Source: Candidatus Methylomirabilia bacterium
GTDB lineage: Bacteria > Methylomirabilota > Methylomirabilia > Rokubacteriales > CSP1-6
Direction: 5' to 3'
Assembly (NCBI GenBank): GCA_041497895.1
Contig: JBGQHJ010000045.1
Coordinates: 1 to 30,965 of the forward strand
Length of the DNA stretch: 30,965 nucleotides
Both the position numbers and the translations under genes were made by a program. Below, one piece after another: positions 25,536 to 30,965 of this stretch (position 1 is its first letter; the number at the start of each line of letters is the position of its first letter). Under the pieces are notes generated by a model. That model searched no databases. It had not been told where the DNA came from and saw nothing but the letters and a program-made list of their open reading frames with translations.

Positions 25536-26384
25536 CTAGCGCACTCGGAGCCGCGGGTCCAGCACGTCGCGCAACCCGTCGCCCAGCAGATTGAGGCTGA
25601 GCCCGGCGATCGTCAAGGCCAAACCGGGGAAGAGGCTCACCCAGAACGCCTCGCGGATGACGTTCTTGCCGCTCGCGATCACGTTGCCCCACGAGGGCAC
25701 GTAGGGCGGCACGCCGACGCCGAGGAAGCCCAGGATCGCCTCGGCCAGGATCGCGTAGGCGAACACGAAGCTGCCCTGCACCAGCAGCGGGCCCACGCAG
25801 TTCGGCAGGATGTGGCGCAGCGCGATCCCGCCGTCGCGCCGGCCCAGCGCGCGCGCAGCCTGGATGTAGTCGAGCTCGCGCAGGCTCAGCACGGTGCTAC
25901 GGATGAGCATGGCGGTACGTGGCATGTAGACCACCGAGAGCGCCAGGATCACGTTCCAGACCCCCGGCCCCCGCGCGGCCATGAGCGCGATCGCGAGCAG
26001 GATGGCCGGGAAGGCCATGAGGCCGTCCATGCAGCGCATCACCGGCACGTCGAGCCGCCGCGAGTAGCCGGCGGTGAGCCCGATGACGACACCGCCCGCG
26101 GAGGTCAGCAACATGGTGGTGAGCCCGACGAGCAGGGACACCCGGCTGCCGTGCAGCACCAGGCTGTAGACGTCGCGGCCGAACTCGTCGGTGCCGAGAT
26201 AGTGCTGCGCGCTCGGCGGCTTGAGCCGATTGGCCGGAACCAGTCGGGTCGGGTTGTAGCTCGAGAGCACGTCGGCCAGCAGCGCGGCGCCCACCAGCAC
26301 GAGCAGGAGAGCGGCCCCGGCCACCACCCCCCCGTTGCCGGCCAGCCGGCGGATCCAGCGCTGCCGCTCGGTGCGCTCAGTCAT
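25536..26384 (-). CDS. Peptide/nickel ABC transporter permease (DppC/OppC-like)
   Basis: LGTD.FGRD, G.RVSL.VG, YIQAARALG...RHILPN and LLGDGLRD.LDPR motifs. Confidence 0.93.
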   Translation of the reverse strand: MTERTERQRWIRRLAGNGGVVAGAALLLVLVGAALLADVLSSYNPTRLVPANRLKPPSAQHYLGTDEFGRDVYSLVLHGSRVSLLVGLTTMLLTSAGGVVIGLTAGYSRRLDVPVMRCMDGLMAFPAILLAIALMAARGPGVWNVILALSVVYMPRTAMLIRSTVLSLRELDYIQAARALGRRDGGIALRHILPNCVGPLLVQGSFVFAYAILAEAILGFLGVGVPPYVPSWGNVIASGKNVIREAFWVSLFPGLALTIAGLSLNLLGDGLRDVLDPRLRVR

Positions 26385-27321
26385 AGCGGATGCGCGGGTC
26401 GATGAAGGCGTAGAGCAGGTCGACCACGAGGTTGATCAGGACGTAGGTCGCGGCGGTCACCAGCACCACGCCCTGCACCACCGGGTAGTCGCGGCGCAGG
26501 ATGGCGGAGATCACGAGGCGCCCGAGGCCGGGGATGTTGAAGACGATCTCGGTGATCACCGCGCCTCCGATGAGCACCGCGGTGGTCACCCCGATCACGG
26601 TCACCACCGGCACCAGCGCGTTGCGGAACGCGTGCACGTAGGTGACCGCGCGCTGGGGCAGCCCCTTGGCCCGCGCGGTACGCACGTAGTCCTGCTGGAG
26701 GGCCTCCAGCATGCACGAGCGGCTGATGCGGGCGATCAGCGCCGACTGGTTGAAGCCGAGCGAGACCGCGGGGAGCACCATGTAGCGCAGGGCGCTCACC
26801 GGCTCGGTGAAGAGCGACGCGTAGCCCGCGGCGGGCAGCCAGCCCAGGCGCACCGCGAACAGGTAGATGAAGTTGAGGCTCAGCCAGAAGCCGGGGACGC
26901 AGACCCCGAGCAGCGAGCCGATCATGAGCACGCGGTCCCAGATCGAGCCTCGGTGGGCCGCGGCCACCACCCCGGAGGGCACGCCGATCGTCACCGCGAC
27001 CAGCAGGGCGCACGCCATCAGCACCAGGGTGGGTTCGGCGCGCTCCAGGATCGCGGTGGTCACCGGCCGGTCCAGGAAGTAGGACTGACCGAGGTCGCCG
27101 CGCAGCACCCGGCCGTAGAAGCCCACGAGCTGGCCGAGCAGCGGCCGGTCGAGCCCGAGCGCCTTGCGCGTGCCCTCGATCTGGGTCGGGGTCGCGTCGG
27201 GCCCCAGCATCACGCTCACCGGATCGCCGGGGATCAGGTGGATGAGCAGGAACACCACCGTCACCACCACCGCCATCACCGGGATGACGGCGAGGAGGCG
27301 CCGGACCAGGTATGCGAGCAT
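26377..27321 (-). CDS. Peptide/nickel ABC transporter permease (DppB/OppB-like)
   Basis: PGDP, GDLG.S, DYVRTARAKGL, E.VF..PGLG, RDYPVVQG and DPRI motifs. Confidence 0.93.
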   Translation of the reverse strand: MLAYLVRRLLAVIPVMAVVVTVVFLLIHLIPGDPVSVMLGPDATPTQIEGTRKALGLDRPLLGQLVGFYGRVLRGDLGQSYFLDRPVTTAILERAEPTLVLMACALLVAVTIGVPSGVVAAAHRGSIWDRVLMIGSLLGVCVPGFWLSLNFIYLFAVRLGWLPAAGYASLFTEPVSALRYMVLPAVSLGFNQSALIARISRSCMLEALQQDYVRTARAKGLPQRAVTYVHAFRNALVPVVTVIGVTTAVLIGGAVITEIVFNIPGLGRLVISAILRRDYPVVQGVVLVTAATYVLINLVVDLLYAFIDPRIRYD

Positions 27322-27332
27322 TGTTGTTCTAA

Positions 27333-27420
27333 CTGGGGGGGAGCGGCGCCGCTCCTCCCCCAGGTCCCCCCACCACCTTGTTCGCGCGCGCGGCGGCGAG
27401 TCCGCTGCGCGCGGCGCCTC
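27333..27420. repeat. Intercistronic double-hairpin element
   Basis: Near-perfect palindrome CTGGGGGGGAGCGGC/GCCGCTCCtCCCCCAG (27333-27363), then a second GC-rich hairpin (about 27383-27418). Confidence 0.65.
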
Positions 27421-27432
27421 CTCGCCGAACGG

Positions 27433-28998
27433 TTATTTGTCGAGCCACACGTTGTAGAAGCGCACGCGCTCGGTCGACTCGTTCAAGCCCTTCACGGTGT
27501 TGCGGGCCGCCCGCAGCCCGAAGAGGTCGCCGTAGCGGATGACCGGCACCTTCTCGTAGAACTGGCGGGTCTGCTGCTCCCACAGCGCGAGCCGCTTCTT
27601 GTGGTCGGTCTCGCGGGCCATCTCCGACTGCAGCTTCAGGATGCCCTCGTCGGTGGTCCATCCCGGCCAGCTCGGGGTGAGGTAGATATGGTGGGTGGGA
27701 TCGTAGAAGGCGCCCATCCCGGTGGTGAAGACGTCGTACTCCTTGGGGTTGTTGCGCCGCTTGACCAGGGTGGCCCAGTCCACCACCTGGAGGTCGATGA
27801 CGAAGCCGACGTCCTCGAGCTGCTGCTTGGTGAGCAGCGCGAAGTCGTACATCCACTTGTACTCCTGGGTGGTCATGAAGCGGATCGGCTCCTTCTTGTA
27901 GCCCGCCTCCTGCAGGAGCTGCTGGGCCTTGGCCCGGTTGTGCTCGTTCCAGGGCAGCCCGGCCATCTTGGTGTGCCACGTGCTGATCTCCACCGGCGCG
28001 AGGCTACTGTCCATCCGGTAGAACTCCTTCTTGCCGCCGGCCACGTTCTTCATGATCGGCTCGATGTCGATGGCGGCCTGCCAGGCCTGCCGCAGCTTCT
28101 GGTTCGTCATCAGGCCTTCCTTCTTGTTGAAGACGGCCACGAGCCAGTAGTACGGCTTGGAGATGATCGGATGCGCGTTGGGGTTGGCCTTCAGCCGATC
28201 GTAGGCGTCGAGGTTCAGGTCGTCCGCGAAGTCGAGCTCGCCGGTCTCCACCTGGGCCACCCGCGTCGCCACCTCCGGCACCGGCACCCAGCGGATCTCG
28301 TCGAGCCACGCGGTCTTGCCGCCGCCGTAGCCGTTGGGCTTCTCGCTGCGCGACTTGTAGTCGTCGAAGCGGACCATGCGGATGTACTGGTCGGGCTTCC
28401 ACTCCGCGAGCTTGTAGGGCCCGGTGCCCACGTACTCGGTGACCTTCACCTCGGGCGCGAACTTCTCCGCGATCTCCTTCGGATAGATCGCCCCGAAGTT
28501 GTTGGGCACCGCCAGCGAGATCAGCACGATGGCCGACTTCTCCTTGAGCTTCATCTCGACGGTGTACTGGTCCAGCGCGCGCATCTCCGCGACCTGGGCG
28601 AAGAGCGCCTTGCCGTAGATCGACTGCTTGCCCCAGCGATTCAGCGAGGCGACCACGTCCTCGGACGTCATCTCCTTGCCGTTGTGGAACTTCACCCCCT
28701 GCCGGAGCTTGAAGGTGTAGGTGAGGCCGTCCTTGCTGACGGTGTAGCTCTCCGCGAGCATCGGGATCGGCTTGTTGTCGCGGTCGAGGCTGAAGAGCCC
28801 CTCGTAGATGTGGTTGGTGAGGGTCTCGGTGATGCTGGCGGTGGTCCAGTGGGCGTCGAGGGAGGGCGGCTCGCCCAGGTTGCCGACCCGGAGCACGCCA
28901 CCTTTCTTCTGCGCGTCGGCGGGGGGTGCTCCGAGCGTGAGCAGCGCGACCATCGCGAACGCGGTGAGAAGCCCCAGCGAGAATGCTCGACGCGCCAT
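27433..28998 (-). CDS. ABC transporter substrate-binding protein, family 5 (DppA/OppA-like)
   Basis: Signal peptide, P.SLD, YEGL, P.LAES..VS.DG.TYTF.LR.GVKFHNG and GTGPY motifs. GGAGG RBS. Confidence 0.93.
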   Translation of the reverse strand: MARRAFSLGLLTAFAMVALLTLGAPPADAQKKGGVLRVGNLGEPPSLDAHWTTASITETLTNHIYEGLFSLDRDNKPIPMLAESYTVSKDGLTYTFKLRQGVKFHNGKEMTSEDVVASLNRWGKQSIYGKALFAQVAEMRALDQYTVEMKLKEKSAIVLISLAVPNNFGAIYPKEIAEKFAPEVKVTEYVGTGPYKLAEWKPDQYIRMVRFDDYKSRSEKPNGYGGGKTAWLDEIRWVPVPEVATRVAQVETGELDFADDLNLDAYDRLKANPNAHPIISKPYYWLVAVFNKKEGLMTNQKLRQAWQAAIDIEPIMKNVAGGKKEFYRMDSSLAPVEISTWHTKMAGLPWNEHNRAKAQQLLQEAGYKKEPIRFMTTQEYKWMYDFALLTKQQLEDVGFVIDLQVVDWATLVKRRNNPKEYDVFTTGMGAFYDPTHHIYLTPSWPGWTTDEGILKLQSEMARETDHKKRLALWEQQTRQFYEKVPVIRYGDLFGLRAARNTVKGLNESTERVRFYNVWLDK

Positions 28999-29039
28999 GC
29001 CTGCACCTCCGAGAGTGAGAGGGGTTGTCGGGTGCCAAG

Positions 29040-29091
29040 ACTCTGCGACGCCGGCCGCGCCTTGTCAACGGCTCTCGCGGATTGCTAGACT
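29040..29091. promoter_or_regulatory. Overlapping divergent sigma70-type promoters
   Basis: Minus strand: TTGACA (29068-29063) - 17 nt - CAGAGT. Plus strand: TTGTCA (29062-29067) - 18 nt - TAGACT, with an upstream TG. Confidence 0.45.
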
Positions 29092-29101
29092 GCCCGCCGA
29101 C

Positions 29102-29569
29102 ATGGGCGTCGCCTCGATCCTGCACACCGGCCTGACCGTCAGCGATCTCGATCGATCGGTCGCGTTCTACCGCGACCTGCTCGGCCTCGAGCTGATCAGC
29201 CAGTGGGACAGCCGCCAGCCCTACCTGCGCGCCATCGTCGGCTACCCCGACGCGGAGCTGCGCATCGCCCTGCTCCGCGTGCCCCCGGGACCCGACGCGG
29301 CGCCCGGCCACCACATCGAGCTGCTGGAGTACCGTCGGCCCCGGGGCGCGCGCGGCGACGCCAACACGTTCAATCCGGGCAACGGCCACGTGGCCTTCAT
29401 GGTCACCGACATCGACGCGACCTACACGGATCTCCGGGCCCGCGGGGTCCGCTTCAAGTCCGCGCCGGTGCCGATCACCCACGGGCGCAACGCGGGGGCC
29501 AAGGGCGTGTACTTCCTCGACCCGGACGACATCACGCTGGAGCTGATCCAGCCGGCCCCGCGGGCGTGA
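29102..29569 (+). CDS. VOC/glyoxalase family protein
   Basis: HTGLTVSDLDRS..FY.D.LG, IELLEY, HVAF.V.D and YF.DPD...LEL motifs. Confidence 0.92.
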   Translation: MGVASILHTGLTVSDLDRSVAFYRDLLGLELISQWDSRQPYLRAIVGYPDAELRIALLRVPPGPDAAPGHHIELLEYRRPRGARGDANTFNPGNGHVAFMVTDIDATYTDLRARGVRFKSAPVPITHGRNAGAKGVYFLDPDDITLELIQPAPRA

Positions 29570-30333
29570 CCGGCGTCGACCTCTTCCGCCTGGACGGCCA
29601 GGCCGCGGTGGTGGTGGGCGGCGCGGGCGGGCTCGGCGCGGCCATGGCGCGCGGCCTCGCGTCCGCCGGCGCGCTGGTGGCGGTGGCCGACGCCAACGCG
29701 GCCCAGGCCAAGCTGGTCGCCGACGGCATCGCCGCCGCGGGCGGACGGGCGCTCGCGGTGGCGGTCGACGTGGCCGACGCGGCGAGCGTCGAGCGCATGG
29801 CGGCGGAGGTGGAGGCCGCGCTCGGCCCCATCGACGTGCTCGTCAACAGCGCGGGCATCACCCACCGGAGCCCCGCCGCCGACTTTCCCGAGGCGGCGTG
29901 GCACCGGGTGATCGCGGTGAACCTGACCGGGGTGTTCCTCGGCTGCCAGGTGGTGGGCCGGCGCATGCTCGCGCGCCGGCGCGGGCGCATCGTCAACATC
30001 GCCTCGATCGCGGGGCAGATCGGGCTCACCGGGACGGTCGCGTACGCGGCGAGCAAGGGCGGCGTGGTCATGCTCACCCGCGCGCTCGCGGTGGAGTGGG
30101 CGCCCCACAACGTGCGGGTCAACGCCATCGCCCCGTCGTGGTTCGAGTCCAACATCGGCGATCTCATCCACCGCGAGCCGGGCTACGCCGAGCGTGCGAT
30201 GCGCCGCGTGCCGGCCGGCCGCATGGGCACCCCCGACGAGCTGATCGGCGCCGTCCTCTACCTGGCCTCCGACGCCTCCACCATGGTCACCGGCCACATC
30301 CTCGCAGTAGACGGCGGCACCCTCGCCTCCTGA
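29566..30333 (+). CDS. Short-chain dehydrogenase/reductase (gluconate 5-dehydrogenase/KduD-like)
   Basis: GGAGGLG, NSAG, YAASKGG and RVNAIAP motifs. GTGA overlap with the VOC gene. Confidence 0.92.
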   Translation: MTGVDLFRLDGQAAVVVGGAGGLGAAMARGLASAGALVAVADANAAQAKLVADGIAAAGGRALAVAVDVADAASVERMAAEVEAALGPIDVLVNSAGITHRSPAADFPEAAWHRVIAVNLTGVFLGCQVVGRRMLARRRGRIVNIASIAGQIGLTGTVAYAASKGGVVMLTRALAVEWAPHNVRVNAIAPSWFESNIGDLIHREPGYAERAMRRVPAGRMGTPDELIGAVLYLASDASTMVTGHILAVDGGTLAS

Positions 30334-30336
30334 TCT

Positions 30337-30423
30337 GGGGTCAGGTCTTACATTCCGACATTTTCGGGGGGCGCGCTGAGTCGCGGAGCGCTCAGAAAAT
30401 GTCGGAATGTAAGACCTGACCCC
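30337..30423. repeat. REP/MITE-like palindrome, copy 2
   Basis: Perfect 29-bp inverted arms (30337-30365 and 30395-30423) matching copy 1, with a different spacer. Lies between convergent stop codons. Confidence 0.9.
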
Positions 30424-30426
30424 GGC

Positions 30427-30965
30427 CTAGCGCTGGAGGGATTCGTGGATGGCGAGGGTGAGGGCGCCGAAGGCGGGGTGGGCGCGGGAGGCGACGGTGC
30501 GGGGCCGCGGGTGCGGGACGTCGAACACGCGGGCGAGGCGGCCCGGGCGCGGGGTCATCACCACCACGCGGTCGGCGAGGAACACCGCCTCCGGGATCGA
30601 ATGGGTGACGAACACGATGGTCTTGCGCTCTCCGCTCGCCTCGCCCCACACCCGCAGGAGCTCGAGGTTCATCTCGTCGCGGGTCATCGCGTCGAGGGCG
30701 CCGAACGGCTCGTCCATGAGCAGCAGCGGCGGATCCAGGAGCAGCGCGCGGCACAGCGACGCGCGCTGCTGCATCCCGCCCGATAGCTCGCGCGGGAGCT
30801 TCTGCGCGAACTCGGAGAGCCCCACCAGGCGGAGCAGCTCGGCCGCGCGCTCGCGGTACGCCCGCGGATCGAGCCGCGAGAGCTCGGCGGGGAGCAGGAC
30901 GTTCGCCTCGACGGTCCGCCACTTGAGCAGCACCGGGGCCTGAAAGACCATGCCGACCGACGCGA
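30427..30965 (-). CDS. ABC transporter ATP-binding protein (NitT/TauT/SsuB-like), 5' end outside window
   Basis: VFQ Q-loop, LSGGMQQR signature, LLLMDEPFGALD Walker B and FVTH motifs. Confidence 0.93.
   Translation of the reverse strand, partial: ASVGMVFQAPVLLKWRTVEANVLLPAELSRLDPRAYRERAAELLRLVGLSEFAQKLPRELSGGMQQRASLCRALLLDPPLLLMDEPFGALDAMTRDEMNLELLRVWGEASGERKTIVFVTHSIPEAVFLADRVVVMTPRPGRLARVFDVPHPRPRTVASRAHPAFGALTLAIHESLQR

Noticed and set aside
26335..29088. 917-aa plus-strand ORF (and similar long ORFs 12736-14580, 18082-20013 and 22713-24533)
   Set aside because: They are antisense or off-frame shadows of well-supported genes and contain no recognisable motifs.
2271..30423. CRISPR array suggested by conserved repeats around a 29-nt variable spacer
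   Set aside because: The arms are inverted rather than direct, the copies are isolated, and there are no cas genes.

Overview
Very GC-rich bacterial DNA. The gene families, codon style and short palindromic repeats resemble Candidatus Rokubacteria (Methylomirabilota), but that is inference only. Most of the window is ordinary metabolic and transport genes: a ThDP enzyme, a D-threonine-aldolase-family PLP enzyme, a class II aldolase, RidA, two SDRs, an LLM monooxygenase, Usp, an alpha-hydroxy-acid oxidase, NIPSNAP, DUF1499, murB, an NHL propeller, a short-chain chromate transporter pair, a molybdopterin oxidoreductase, a cupin, a Dpp/Opp-type ABC unit and a VOC protein. The most interesting region is a tightly coupled three-gene operon on the minus strand (14906-17902) that looks lower in GC than its surroundings. 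It encodes (i) a 215-aa protein whose only two Cys lie in an N-terminal HGHCEIPAGCGG motif, (ii) a radical SAM enzyme with an RRE-like N-terminus and a SPASM-like tail that keeps only one auxiliary-cluster ligand set, and (iii) a TPR-like + FGE-sulfatase-fold protein lacking the canonical FGE Cys pair. This is a candidate undescribed protein or peptide modification system. Also present: a tyrosine integrase with a probable +1 frameshift, a frameshifted enolase-superfamily gene, two families of REP-like palindromes, a 59-aa lipoprotein missed by the ORF track, and several probable leaderless genes. No rRNA, tRNA or CRISPR array was seen. All product calls come from motif recognition by eye, not database searches.
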